From IMG/VR virus record IMGVR_UViG_3300046005_000547, positions 170,736 to 234,735 of that record: 64,000 nucleotides of DNA; one strand, 5' to 3'. Below are positions 19,943-30,138 of this stretch, one piece after another (the stretch's first letter is position 1; every line of letters begins with the position of its first letter). Below the pieces are notes generated by a model. That model was not told where the DNA came from. It saw only the letters and a list, made by a program, of their open reading frames with translations, and did not search any database. Made by a program: the position numbers and the translations under genes.

Positions 19943-20859
19943 TATATTTTCTCGCAATCTAATTCTGTTATATTCATGTCAATCAATTTTAATCTATTAC
20001 TCAATAGATTATCAACTGAACCTTTCAATTTCTCTGCTATCAGAGAATCATTATTATACTCTAATGCAGCTCTTAATTTAAGAACTTTATCACCTTTGTT
20101 TAATGTCCCTTTAAATGTCTTCCTATAATCGCAAAAGAATGTCTCAATTTCAGTGACGCCAATACATCTATTTGGATTATGAGGACATTTATATTCTTTG
20201 AAGAATTCCAATTCCGATAAGAACAATTCATCTAACAGAGGATCTTGTCTAATCTGTTCCGATGAACGTTTGGAGATAGACGATCCTGTTCTAACCAATT
20301 CAAATCCCGATAATGAACCCTTTGGTATAGTCTTCTTGAAATCATCCGACCAGACTGGTTTGTAATTCATGTCAAATATAGATTCAACCATATCAGCAAC
20401 TTTGAACGCAAAGTATTCACCAAACGTAGGAATCATCTTAGCGGATTCAAGTGATGTCTTCCAATCAACAGTATGTTCTAATACATTATCAATCCATTGT
20501 TCAGGAGTTTTAATCCTCATTTTATCTATCTGAGTGTTATAACTTCTTGATTTAACATTTGTTTCTCTTGAAGCTACATCAATTCTGTCTTTACCAACTT
20601 TTGCTTCCTTGAACAACATTCTCACATAATCATAGTATTCATCGTCTGGTATAGAACATAATTTAATGGAATGTTTTAAATCATATACCATTAGATTAGA
20701 GAAGATTAACCGTTTCTTCTCAGTGTCCGATAATTCAGAATTTCTAATCATTGTATAGATGGGATCCACTTCACCCAGAGCAATATGTTGAAATGAAAAC
20801 TTCCTGAATTCATCTAATAATATATAGACATCATCAAATAGATTATTCATTGGATTCAC
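19942..20859 (-). CDS. aGPT-Pplase / amino-acid:DNA transferase (HhH glycosylase-like fold)
   Basis: GEVDPIY; [12 protein letters not shown]; [11 protein letters not shown]; adjacent to kinase. Confidence 0.7.
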   Translation of the reverse strand: MNPMNNLFDDVYILLDEFRKFSFQHIALGEVDPIYTMIRNSELSDTEKKRLIFSNLMVYDLKHSIKLCSIPDDEYYDYVRMLFKEAKVGKDRIDVASRETNVKSRSYNTQIDKMRIKTPEQWIDNVLEHTVDWKTSLESAKMIPTFGEYFAFKVADMVESIFDMNYKPVWSDDFKKTIPKGSLSGFELVRTGSSISKRSSEQIRQDPLLDELFLSELEFFKEYKCPHNPNRCIGVTEIETFFCDYRKTFKGTLNKGDKVLKLRAALEYNNDSLIAEKLKGSVDNLLSNRLKLIDMNITELDCEKI

Positions 20860-21313
20860 TAATCATCTGGTAATATCCTTTATTTGCCAGAGAATCCGCC
20901 TTCTCGTTTCCTGGATGACCAACATGTCCTTTAATCCATACAAATTCAATATCATGTAAATTCATTGCTTCATCTAATCTCCTCCATAGATCCTCATTTT
21001 TAACGGGTTGTTTAGAAGCAGTCTTCCAACCATTTTGTTTCCAACCTTTCATCCAAGATGATGCTCCATCTAATACATATTTAGAATCACAACATAATTT
21101 AACGGGACATGGTCGTTTTAACAATTCTAACGCATTGATAACAGCCATTAATTCCATTCTGTTATTGGTTGTATTACGTTCTCCACCACAGATTTCCTTC
21201 TCAACACCCTTGAATGAAAGGATAGCTCCCCATCCACCATTTGAATTATCTTTACCGTTGGATTTACAAGCTCCATCCGCATAGATTATCACTTGTTCAG
21301 TCATAATTATCAC
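20843..21313 (-). CDS. rnhA: Ribonuclease HI
   Basis: [43 protein letters not shown]. Confidence 0.97.
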   Translation of the reverse strand: MIIMTEQVIIYADGACKSNGKDNSNGGWGAILSFKGVEKEICGGERNTTNNRMELMAVINALELLKRPCPVKLCCDSKYVLDGASSWMKGWKQNGWKTASKQPVKNEDLWRRLDEAMNLHDIEFVWIKGHVGHPGNEKADSLANKGYYQMISESNE

Positions 21314-21506
21314 TTAATGTATATAATTCAGAAATTGTATTCGATTCATGATTCCATAGTTCTGTTCTAATGATTTCATGAATGGAAATAGGTTCAACAT
21401 TTTCATCAGAATGAATCATCCAATCAGCATCGTTGATTGCGTCAATAATGTTCTCGTGAAATGATGATTCAATTTTACTACCAGTTGCATATTGTAATTC
21501 AAACAT
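21297..21506 (-). CDS. Hypothetical protein
   Basis: Packed ORF. Confidence 0.55.
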   Translation of the reverse strand: MFELQYATGSKIESSFHENIIDAINDADWMIHSDENVEPISIHEIIRTELWNHESNTISELYTLSDNYD

Positions 21507-21512
21507 ATTTTG

Positions 21513-22022
21513 TTATAATCCTAATTGGTCTAATCTTTCTCTGACAAAATGAACCGATACCCAAAAGTAATCGGCAAGATCTGTCGCAGAATATCCTTCT
21601 ATAATTTTATTTTTAACTTCATCTTCCGGCATCAAAAAATGATACGCAAATTCATCTGCTTCATTTAATTCGTCGAAGATGTATTTTTGATACGATCCAT
21701 ATTCAATTTCAGGAACATCCGTATGAATTAGATATTCACCAATACATCTGGCAACTAATTCCCGTAAGATAAGGATCGATTTGGCGTAATCATTTACAAT
21801 GAAAATTGGGTTTGAATTTGGACCAATTGAAACCAACGTCTGTAATTCATACCCAAATTCTCCATTATGAAAACATTGTAGATTACCAATTTTATTGGCA
21901 ATTTTGATTACATCAACTGGAAACAGATGTTTTGTATTCAATTCAATACGTTTTATATCAGCATATTCAGCTAATGCTGGATTCAATTCTTTAATTGTAT
22001 TATGCCCTCTAGGTGATTTCAT
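21513..22022 (-). CDS. ImmA/IrrE-family metallopeptidase-like protein with degenerate HExxH
   Basis: IFIVND...RELVARCIGEYLIH (vs R.F..AHELGH..LH); EADEFAYHFLMP..V...LADYFWVS...VRERL. Confidence 0.6.
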   Translation of the reverse strand: MKSPRGHNTIKELNPALAEYADIKRIELNTKHLFPVDVIKIANKIGNLQCFHNGEFGYELQTLVSIGPNSNPIFIVNDYAKSILILRELVARCIGEYLIHTDVPEIEYGSYQKYIFDELNEADEFAYHFLMPEDEVKNKIIEGYSATDLADYFWVSVHFVRERLDQLGL

Positions 22023-22023
22023 A

Positions 22024-22500
22024 TTATAATCCCATTGATTTAGCTGTTGACACAAATTTCATTAGATTACCAAATGATTCTTTACAGAATTCTTGAAATT
22101 TCATTCTCGTTTCTGGTTTGATTTTATTTGAACGTAATGCTCTGATAGCAACACCGGCGGATCTAGTGTCAACTCGTCTTGATGTCCCGTCTTTGAAGAA
22201 CACTTTATGATTTTTATTGGTACAATTTCTTAATTGAGAGATGATGTTATCGAATACAAGTTCATTACCACAAATCATTTCAACTTCTTCGTCTACGTTT
22301 TTTGTTACAGGAGGAACTTTATAATAATCTTTGGCAATTTTATTTTCACTCATCCATGTTTTAACGGATGCTGGAATTTCAGATAACCCCAATAGAGAAG
22401 ATACATGTTCAAAAACTTCTTCATGTAATCCATGGTCAAATTTAGAATCAGATTTGTAGTAAAATGTAGTGACGATTGATAAGAATGTATTTTTGTCCAT
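22024..22500 (-). CDS. Hypothetical protein, paralog family with 24985-25485 and 26667-27335
   Basis: Shared W..EN....YY..P and F.DGTS..VD...KPE.R...SF.NL blocks. Confidence 0.7.
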   Translation of the reverse strand: MDKNTFLSIVTTFYYKSDSKFDHGLHEEVFEHVSSLLGLSEIPASVKTWMSENKIAKDYYKVPPVTKNVDEEVEMICGNELVFDNIISQLRNCTNKNHKVFFKDGTSRRVDTRSAGVAIRALRSNKIKPETRMKFQEFCKESFGNLMKFVSTAKSMGL

Positions 22501-22509
22501 GGTAATCTC

Positions 22510-22800
22510 CTAAATTGTAAAAGTAAGTTCTAAATCAGATGAAATTGAATCGGATACAATAATGTCTTTGTATTCATGTAATCTATTTTGTATATGAATC
22601 AAAAATTGTAATACAACTTTGTTATCATATATTGATAGATATCCTTGTTTTATCGAAAACACTTCGTATTTGCCAATTTTGTTTGTATTAACCAAATATG
22701 AGATTGATACCAATACGTCATCTTGTATTTGGAATAATAAATCTCTAATTCCAGATGAGTGTTCAACATTAGTGATTAATTTGGCAACGTTCTTTGTCAT
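22510..22800 (-). CDS. Hypothetical protein
   Basis: GGAGG RBS. Confidence 0.6.
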   Translation of the reverse strand: MTKNVAKLITNVEHSSGIRDLLFQIQDDVLVSISYLVNTNKIGKYEVFSIKQGYLSIYDNKVVLQFLIHIQNRLHEYKDIIVSDSISSDLELTFTI

Positions 22801-23128
22801 TGTTTTCCTCCAAGTTAAATTGTATCAATACATCATATTCGCCTTGTAATTCCAAATCAGAATCTAAGTTTAATGATATTTTATATCGTCCAAAGTTTTT
22901 CATTAGATGTTTGATGAATGAAAAGATTATCATATTATGTTTGTAATCTAAAATCAAATCTTTTCTGGATGCTTTATAATTATGGATGAATCCAGTTACA
23001 CCATCAATGGTCATTTCTAATTGTAATTCATCAGAACCGTTCTCATCCCAAAAATCAAAAAGAATGTTTCTATGTTCTTCATTGAACCCAGATTCATAAT
23101 TGAAATTAATACCAGAAAAATTACTCAT
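22769..23128 (-). CDS. Hypothetical protein
   Basis: Overlapping ORF in operon. Confidence 0.6.
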   Translation of the reverse strand: MSNFSGINFNYESGFNEEHRNILFDFWDENGSDELQLEMTIDGVTGFIHNYKASRKDLILDYKHNMIIFSFIKHLMKNFGRYKISLNLDSDLELQGEYDVLIQFNLEENNDKERCQINH

Positions 23129-23357
23129 GTATCATTCCTCGTTTTTTAGCTATCTCCGTCGCTTTGTCGATTGCATGTTCAAAATCATTTGTTGCGTATA
23201 ACATTTCACTAAGCGATGGTGAAGATACATCTTGTATACCAATTTTATACTTAGAATAAATTGTTTTCAAAATGACAACCTTAATACCATTCTTTACATC
23301 AGATTCATATTTCTCTGAGAATCTATTTGTAATTGGTTCAATCTTATGTAATTTCAT
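23121..23357 (-). CDS. Hypothetical protein
   Basis: AGGAGG RBS downstream of promoter 23383-23410. Confidence 0.7.
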   Translation of the reverse strand: MKLHKIEPITNRFSEKYESDVKNGIKVVILKTIYSKYKIGIQDVSSPSLSEMLYATNDFEHAIDKATEIAKKRGMIHE

Positions 23358-23382
23358 AATTCCTCCTATTAAAGTAAGTTCT

Positions 23383-23410
23383 ATTATACTACTTTAAACG
23401 ATCTTCGAAA
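23383..23410 (-). promoter_or_regulatory. Early-type promoter
   Basis: TTTCGA-N16-TATAAT. Confidence 0.75.
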
Positions 23411-23446
23411 CTTTAAATAATAACATATTAAATAAGGAGAGAAACA

Positions 23447-24172
23447 ATGAAAGCATTATCTATTGGTATCAACAAATACAACGTAGCACCTCTGAGAGGT
23501 TGTATAACAGATTCTAATGATTTAACAACAGAATTGATTGAAAGGGGATTTGATGTATCGAGGTTGTTAGACGAACAAGCAACCAAATCAAACATTATTG
23601 AAAAGATGCATCAATTATTGTCTGAATCCAAAACAAAATTCATTTTACATTATTCTGGACACGGTTCACAGATCCCATGTTCAAATGGTTCGGAAGAAGA
23701 TGGATTGACTGAAATCCTATGTCCATTCGATTTAATCAATTCAGACGGTTCATGGACATCCAATTATATCACAGATGATGAAATACAACAATTGTTCTCA
23801 GAGTTTCCTGATATTCATATAGAAGTTATTCTTGATTGTTGCCATTCAGGAACCGCAACTAGAGATATTAAACCAACATCCATTACTCCTAGATTCATAC
23901 AATCTCCTGTTATAAATTCATCTAAGAATATTCCATTCGGAGTATCTAATGATAATGTAATCTGTTGGAGCGGATGCACCGATAATCAGACGGCAGCTGA
24001 CTCGTTCATCGACGGGAAATACAGGGGAGCATTTACCACAGCATTTTTGACTGCTTCTGGTAACAGAGAAATAATGTTTAAGAATATTACGGATTACATG
24101 ATTAAGAATGGATATGAACAACGACCAGTCTTAACTTGTACAGATAAACAAAGGACAGAATCAATGTTCTAA
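23447..24172 (+). CDS. Metacaspase / caspase-family (C14) peptidase
   Basis: ALSIGINKY..LRGCITD; HYSGHGSQ (His); ILDCCHSGT (Cys); GAFT; AGGAG RBS and TTAAATA upstream. Confidence 0.93.
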   Translation: MKALSIGINKYNVAPLRGCITDSNDLTTELIERGFDVSRLLDEQATKSNIIEKMHQLLSESKTKFILHYSGHGSQIPCSNGSEEDGLTEILCPFDLINSDGSWTSNYITDDEIQQLFSEFPDIHIEVILDCCHSGTATRDIKPTSITPRFIQSPVINSSKNIPFGVSNDNVICWSGCTDNQTAADSFIDGKYRGAFTTAFLTASGNREIMFKNITDYMIKNGYEQRPVLTCTDKQRTESMF

Positions 24173-24210
24173 AGAAATGGGATAGAATGTAAAGTTCTAT
24201 CCCATTTTTA
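24172..24210. terminator. Intrinsic terminator
   Basis: AAATGGGATAGAA/TTCTATCCCATTT followed by TTTT. Confidence 0.8.
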
Positions 24211-24301
24211 TTAATGAATCATTGCTATCGAGCCGATTATGTAAATCAATATAGATGTTACAACCCAGCAAGATACAAACAATACTCCATTTATAATTCT
24301 C

Positions 24302-24988
24302 TTAATCATATTTGAATTCCTTTATATTATTTGCGTTCATCAACAATTCTTCTATTTCATGTATGTCTGGAAACTTATTGTCTACATTCAGAATAGGATA
24401 CATCGTCAATTCATTATTTTCATACATTGAATTACATTTAGTTCTTAATTGGAGTTCCTTACTTTGTAATTCATCTTTACTCAATTTCTGATAACGTCCA
24501 ATATCATTTAATTCTGGTAATCTACCCTCCAATAGACATTCAGCAACGTAAAGACATCTTGAAATATGAAATGATTTTCGATTCTTTTTATCTTTACTTG
24601 TATTCAATAATTTCAAATCAAATTTAGCTCTACCGACGAATCCTTTTATAATTTTGTACGTTCTACATGTTAATAATTTATCCGAATTCGTTATGTCTGT
24701 GAATAACACCAATTCAGCAAAAATGTTAGATTCACCAGATAATAAATTTTTGTAAAACGTAGATTCAGTTGTCAACATCCATTGAGTGTTATTTTCGATG
24801 TCATCAAATTGAAAACAATGGATGTTTGGATAAATTCTATCTGAATTGAAAATATCGTCGAGTATTAAAACAATATCCTTGTCCGATTGTTCTGTATTGG
24901 TTTTATGTAAATGGGATCCAAACGTATATCTAGAAATTGTATATTGTTTCAATATATCAAATTGTTCTTTTGTAATTTTTATGTTCAT
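24302..24988 (-). CDS. Pol-beta-family nucleotidyltransferase (RlaP/YcgL-like)
   Basis: FGSHLHKTNTEQSDKDIV (GS...SDxD). Confidence 0.7.
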   Translation of the reverse strand: MNIKITKEQFDILKQYTISRYTFGSHLHKTNTEQSDKDIVLILDDIFNSDRIYPNIHCFQFDDIENNTQWMLTTESTFYKNLLSGESNIFAELVLFTDITNSDKLLTCRTYKIIKGFVGRAKFDLKLLNTSKDKKNRKSFHISRCLYVAECLLEGRLPELNDIGRYQKLSKDELQSKELQLRTKCNSMYENNELTMYPILNVDNKFPDIHEIEELLMNANNIKEFKYD

Positions 24989-25485
24989 TTTTCTCCTTTC
25001 ATCATTTCTCTGTTTAATTCAACCACTTTCAATAGATTGTTATAATTTTCGGAGACGTAATTCTGTAATTCAAACCTATTTTCTGGTTTGATGTATTCAT
25101 CCGTTAAGATTGAATATAATTCTTTTAATGTACGTTTGTCGATCTTCTTGGAGGTTCCATCTGTAAATTTGATTTCATTATTATATCGAATTGCTTTATT
25201 ACATTGGATGATAATAGGTTCTAATGGTTTTGGTTGTTTCTTCAGATTAAGGTATTGTTGAACAAAAATATCAACATCTTCTTCGATCTTGGGGATTTCA
25301 TAGAATCCTTTTGAACGAGTATTTTCTTTCATCCATTGTTTGATTCCTTTGGGTGATGGGATGTTAAGATATTCATTTGTTTCTTGGAAGAAATACTCTG
25401 GGATACCGCCTGAATTCTGCGTATCTGATAAGAAGTAAATTGATGAGATTAGAGATAGGTATTGATTAAGTGATAATTCTTTCAT
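24985..25485 (-). CDS. Hypothetical protein, paralog family
   Basis: WMKEN...FYEIP; FTDGTSKKID; KPENR; YNNLL. Confidence 0.7.
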   Translation of the reverse strand: MKELSLNQYLSLISSIYFLSDTQNSGGIPEYFFQETNEYLNIPSPKGIKQWMKENTRSKGFYEIPKIEEDVDIFVQQYLNLKKQPKPLEPIIIQCNKAIRYNNEIKFTDGTSKKIDKRTLKELYSILTDEYIKPENRFELQNYVSENYNNLLKVVELNREMMKGEK

Positions 25486-25499
25486 TATTGTATTTGTTT

Positions 25500-26200
25500 A
25501 ATTGTTAGTATAATGTATTAGATATAATCGAAAAAGAGTCTTGAAGTAATATAGAAAATAATAAAAGAATATTAAAATGAAACAATAGAACTAACTCAAA
25601 CCGTCGACATAGTCTAGTATACTGGGTTTTTATCGATTTCGAAAGGAGTAATTAGACGTTGATTATTACACATTCGATAACCTTGGTCTCTTTCGATACG
25701 TGATTATAATTGTTTCGATGTTAATGTTTAATTTAACAGTCTATATTGTTGTTTTAAGATGTATTAAATGTATCCTGTAGAGTTGATTGACATAATAAGG
25801 AAAGATTCCATTAGAGCGGATTATTGGACAAATAATGGATGTTAATGATTCAACATAGAATTGATATATTGTAAATTTCAAACAATAAAAATCCCGACAG
25901 AATTGTTCATTCTTATCGGGATCTGAGACTCAGAGATTTTATGTTGAATTATTGTATAGAATATATTCGATAAAGACATTAATATACTCTATAAAGAATC
26001 TAATAGTAATATAAAAGAATATAGAAAAACAATAGATACACTAACTGAAACGTCGACATAGTCTAGTATACTGTATTTTTTATCATTTCGAAAGGAGTAA
26101 TTAGACTCTGTAATAATCATATTTATTCGATATCCAGTCAATCTTAAGACGTATTCGATGTTCCTTTCGATACATGATATAATCAGTTTCGATGAATAAC
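25500..26200. repeat. Tandem cassette array A: two GTCGACATAGTCTA-anchored units, period 449 bp
   Basis: Anchors at 25603 and 26052; minus-strand promoters TTTCGA-N17-TATACT at 25616-25644 and 26065-26093; hairpin element 25738-25841; terminator 25884-25923. Confidence 0.9.
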
Positions 26201-26488
26201 TTCGATAGATTCAATCTTAACATTATTTGATTTACGTCTATCCAACATATATTCATTGACATTTAATCTAACGAAATTCTCCGATCCTGATACAATCTTA
26301 AATTTACAGATAATATCATATCGACCATCAACCAAGTTTGAATTGTTAAAATTACCGTCAGTTACTCGTTTTAATATGAAGTCAATGTTTGGACTGAACC
26401 ATTTGAATCTCTTGGTAAAATCCAATCTATCTTTTGAATTTTCATATTCCTTCAAACACATCGCTCTGTACATTATCATATCCATCAT
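26183..26488 (-). CDS. Hypothetical protein sitting inside the repeat scaffold
   Basis: RBS+ATG supplied by left end of hairpin element H3; 3' end overlaps TTCGA boxes. Confidence 0.7.
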   Translation of the reverse strand: MMDMIMYRAMCLKEYENSKDRLDFTKRFKWFSPNIDFILKRVTDGNFNNSNLVDGRYDIICKFKIVSGSENFVRLNVNEYMLDRRKSNNVKIESIEVIHRN

Positions 26489-26491
26489 TTA

Positions 26492-26587
26492 ATCCATCTT
26501 ATTTGTCGTTTAAACAACGTTTCCATTATATCCTGTAGAGTTGATTGACAATATCAATAATCGTCAACTATGGACAAATAATGTCCA
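26492..26587. repeat. Inverted-repeat element copy H3
   Basis: Core TCCTGTAGAGTTGATTGACA at 26531-26550; arms TCCATCTTATTTGTC / GACAAATAATGTCCA. Confidence 0.85.
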
Positions 26588-26619
26588 TAATACAATAGGA
26601 ATAATAAACCTTTACGCAT

Positions 26620-26656
26620 AAAAAAATCCTAATCAACTTTTCAGCCGATTAGGATC
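26620..26656 (-). terminator. Intrinsic terminator
   Basis: ATCCTAATC/GATTAGGAT stem with A7 tract on + strand. Confidence 0.75.
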
Positions 26657-26666
26657 GTATTAACAA

Positions 26667-27335
26667 TTATTTGTTTTGTTCAATAAGTTCCAACAAATTA
26701 TTGTAAGATTGACCACTATATGTTTGGAATGTCAATCTATGTTCAGTTTTGTAATCTTCAGAAGTCAATAAATCAACACCAGCTTGAGCAATTTCTCTTG
26801 GAACAATCAATGATTCGCCATTTTCAAACACGGTTTTAATAGTTGATTCCGAATCAATAGATTTATACAACTGGATTAAAATGTTTGAGAATTTTTGTTC
26901 TTCTTCGTCTTCCTCAACAATTTCGGTATCAATGATTTCTTCTTCAATATCGTCATCACCTTCTCTGTTGGTTTCATCAACCAAATCTTTCAAAATTTGA
27001 ATACCTTTTTGAAATTGAACTTGTTTAACATCAACAGTTTTTACGTCAGTTGGTTTTTTAACGGTGGTTCTTAATCTAGAACCATTAATAATGTCAGTCA
27101 AATCAACAACGATTTCAGGCAATTTGTACATTCCAACATCAGCACGATTATCTTTGAACCATTGATTTGCGCATTTAGGTGGTGAAGTTCTCCCCAACAA
27201 ATAGTTTGTTTCAAGAACCATTGGTTTAGTGATGAAAGGAACTTCTTTAGTTGAATTGTCCCAAACATAACGCAAGATTGAAGTGTATAATTCAACTGTG
27301 TTTCTTCTTTCAGTTTTGTTTTCAACGTTTGACAT
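26667..27335 (-). CDS. Hypothetical protein, paralog family (with acidic linker)
   Basis: QWFKDN...MYKLP; FENGES; YNNLL. Confidence 0.7.
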   Translation of the reverse strand: MSNVENKTERRNTVELYTSILRYVWDNSTKEVPFITKPMVLETNYLLGRTSPPKCANQWFKDNRADVGMYKLPEIVVDLTDIINGSRLRTTVKKPTDVKTVDVKQVQFQKGIQILKDLVDETNREGDDDIEEEIIDTEIVEEDEEEQKFSNILIQLYKSIDSESTIKTVFENGESLIVPREIAQAGVDLLTSEDYKTEHRLTFQTYSGQSYNNLLELIEQNK

Positions 27336-27364
27336 GATAATCCGCCTTATAATATAGTTTGTTT

Positions 27365-27424
27365 AAAGTTCATTGGATTCTTCCAACTTGAACTCTATTA
27401 TAGTGGTTATCTTAATCATCGAAA
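27365..27424 (-). promoter_or_regulatory. Early promoter plus 5' stem-loop leader (PeSL-like)
   Basis: TTTCGA-N16-TATAAT at 27397-27424; 27365-27402 identical to 55430-55467. Confidence 0.8.
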
Positions 27425-27431
27425 GAGATTT

Positions 27432-28637
27432 CTATAACTCGTACAAAGAAATATTTTTATCTTCGTTACCCGTAAATTTTAACATATTTCTAGGATTATA
27501 TTTTGTTTCGAATTCTATTCTTTCTTTTTCGTCAAACCATTCATTATAATGGGAAACGCACAATTTTCCTCCAATTGATTTTTCTAAATTAAACCCCATT
27601 ATTTCTCTGGAGTTTGGTTCGTCTTTGTAATAAGTGTGGGTGTCAAAATTCAATCCTTTATCATATAATGCACTAGAATATTCTTTTTTTGTTTTTGCGA
27701 ATTCTTTCGCAAATTTACCTTTCGTATTCATAGCGATTACGAAAGGTTTAAAATTTATTTCACCTTCCCAAGAATAATATAATTTATCGTATAATTCTGC
27801 GATTTTATTGGTATTTACGTACAATTGGTAGAATAAAGGATTATGTTTTATCGTTTTTCTTAATTGACATAAACAAGTTTCTAAATTATAAATATCGATA
27901 TGGATTATAGAATTATCGTTACAATAATGATATATTTCTTTAACCTTTTCTTCGAAAAATAATAATCTATTTATGTCCGTATTTTTTGTTTTTTTAATTA
28001 TTTGCCATTCTTCTTTATTTAAAACCCAACAAAGAGCATTCCATTGCGACCAACTATTTTGGTTTTCCAACTGTAATTCCGGTATATCTATATCATAATC
28101 GAAAAACTCATACATCATTTGTTTCGTTAACCAAACCCCCATTCTACCGTATCCATGTAAACTTTGTAATTCTTCGGTTAAATTATTGAAATTAGTTATA
28201 GGATTTCCAGTTTTGGTTAATTTTTCAAAATGTTCGATTATGTCAATGTTTTCGTATCGTTCTTTTAAATCTTTAAATAATCCGACAAAATTCCTATAAC
28301 ATTTCAAAGTATCAGTCGCGTAGAAACATCTTTTCGAATTATTTTCAACGAATTCGTTTATTTCTTCTACAGAAGTTTCTAAAAAATTAGGAAACTTCTG
28401 TAGAATTATCATTGGCCAATGACTCCGATAAGATTGACCAAAAATTAAGCAATAAAAAAGTTTTTGTTTATCTGTTAAATTCATTTCGGAAGCGATAACT
28501 TTACCATGGTGCCAATGATCTATATCTCCTTCTAACATTAAAACGTTTGTATACCTTCTAAACAATTCCATTCTATTTTCAGGTAATCTCCAATCTTTAT
28601 AATTCGATTCTTCTAATTCATAATCAAATAAACTCAT
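27432..28637 (-). CDS. Second aGPT-Pplase / amino-acid:DNA transferase
   Basis: DWRLPENRMELF; EGDIDH; LHGYGRMGVWL; NLETCLCQLRK; immediately downstream of a TET/JBP gene. Confidence 0.7.
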   Translation of the reverse strand: MSLFDYELEESNYKDWRLPENRMELFRRYTNVLMLEGDIDHWHHGKVIASEMNLTDKQKLFYCLIFGQSYRSHWPMIILQKFPNFLETSVEEINEFVENNSKRCFYATDTLKCYRNFVGLFKDLKERYENIDIIEHFEKLTKTGNPITNFNNLTEELQSLHGYGRMGVWLTKQMMYEFFDYDIDIPELQLENQNSWSQWNALCWVLNKEEWQIIKKTKNTDINRLLFFEEKVKEIYHYCNDNSIIHIDIYNLETCLCQLRKTIKHNPLFYQLYVNTNKIAELYDKLYYSWEGEINFKPFVIAMNTKGKFAKEFAKTKKEYSSALYDKGLNFDTHTYYKDEPNSREIMGFNLEKSIGGKLCVSHYNEWFDEKERIEFETKYNPRNMLKFTGNEDKNISLYEL

Positions 28638-28767
28638 TATTTTTTTCCTTTATCTTATTTGGTTTAATCTTCATTTAGAAATCTATTTAATAATATATTT
28701 GCGTTCGCTGTTATATCTCCAGTAAAACGAAAAATGGAGAAACCCGTTAAGGTCTCTCCAATCTTAT

Positions 28768-30138
28768 TTAAAAGAATTCATCCAATGATGTAGATTCAAA
28801 TTCATCTTTAAGGTCTTGATGATATTCATCAATCCATTGTTGCCCTTTCTCATGTTCTAATAAGAAATCGTACCATTCTTTCGATGTCCACATTTTTTGG
28901 AAAACGCCGTTCCAAAGTGGGCGCCATAATGGATGCGTCTCATCTTTACGTCTGGTGTCAACAAACAAACGTCTATAATCTTCATATTCCTTTGAACCCA
29001 GACCCAACATGTCTTCTCTGAAATAAGCAATAACAGAAATACGTTCACCACCTTCTTCGGTTTGAATGAATTCAGTGTTTCCATGTAAAATTTCATGATT
29101 ATTGATTAAACATAAATCTCTTGGTCTAATGTTAACTGCAATTCTATATGCAGGAAACACTAGATAACAACCTTCATAATTCTCATTTTTAGATAACACC
29201 AATAGATTTGAGAACCCTGATGTCAAATCACCGGCATCAAAATGATAATGCGTACGAAACGATTTATTTACAGTCACTGTTGTAAATACGGTTTCGGGAA
29301 TCAAAAATGCTGGATCCATTTTGTCGGCAGCTGCTCTCTGGTTACCCCATCTCCAAGGTAATAATTCCTTGAATCCTCCATTCAAACGTTTGAAAAATGG
29401 AAATGATAATTTGAATTTATCAAAATGATGGTCGGTGTATCCGGTTGCTCTACCATAAGGGATTCGTGGGTATCTTGAATACCATCCAGCAATACCAGAA
29501 TATGCTGGAGCAGCATAAACTGTATTAGACACCCAATTTTTCATTACAAATAATGCTCGTTCTTTGGCATCTTCTTGGTCCATGGATTCTAATTCTGAAA
29601 CCAATTCATCAAATTTAAAATTGTCTGGAGTTTTATTAGTCAACCATACAGAAGTTCTTAAACCGTTGTTAGATGAATTATCTTGTTGTTTGAGTTGTTC
29701 TAATGGATCCGAACCGTCTAATGTACTTGTTCTATCAATAAAGTATTCTAAAATATCATGTTGACGTTTAGTGAATCGTTCGCGTCGTTCATTATCTGTT
29801 ATTTCTTCTAACATACCAGCAGCAAGTCCGCGATTGTTAGATAATACAGCAGCATCTCTTAATCCGCCGTACGCTCCATCGTGTTCTTCAATAGTGAAAA
29901 ATCCTTTACGATATTTAAATGCGATACGCCGTTCATCAGAACCTTTATCGCATGAATTACATTCAGATACACAAGTTGCTTTGGTTGATAAATCGCATAA
30001 TGGTTCCATGTATACATCAACGTCTTCGTCGATATCTCCCCCAGGTCCAATTAAAATATCATAATGAGATCTATCTGCACCATGACCCAATAGGTGGTCT
30101 ACGTTATGTTTTTCTTTTGCTACAATAATTCTTGCCAT
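28768..30138 (-). CDS. TET/JBP-family 2OG-Fe(II) dioxygenase, paralog A
   Basis: PETVFTTVTVNKSFRTHYHFDAGD (HxD); ILHGNT; ERISVIAYFRE; YPRIPYGRAT. Confidence 0.9.
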   Translation of the reverse strand: MARIIVAKEKHNVDHLLGHGADRSHYDILIGPGGDIDEDVDVYMEPLCDLSTKATCVSECNSCDKGSDERRIAFKYRKGFFTIEEHDGAYGGLRDAAVLSNNRGLAAGMLEEITDNERRERFTKRQHDILEYFIDRTSTLDGSDPLEQLKQQDNSSNNGLRTSVWLTNKTPDNFKFDELVSELESMDQEDAKERALFVMKNWVSNTVYAAPAYSGIAGWYSRYPRIPYGRATGYTDHHFDKFKLSFPFFKRLNGGFKELLPWRWGNQRAAADKMDPAFLIPETVFTTVTVNKSFRTHYHFDAGDLTSGFSNLLVLSKNENYEGCYLVFPAYRIAVNIRPRDLCLINNHEILHGNTEFIQTEEGGERISVIAYFREDMLGLGSKEYEDYRRLFVDTRRKDETHPLWRPLWNGVFQKMWTSKEWYDFLLEHEKGQQWIDEYHQDLKDEFESTSLDEFF

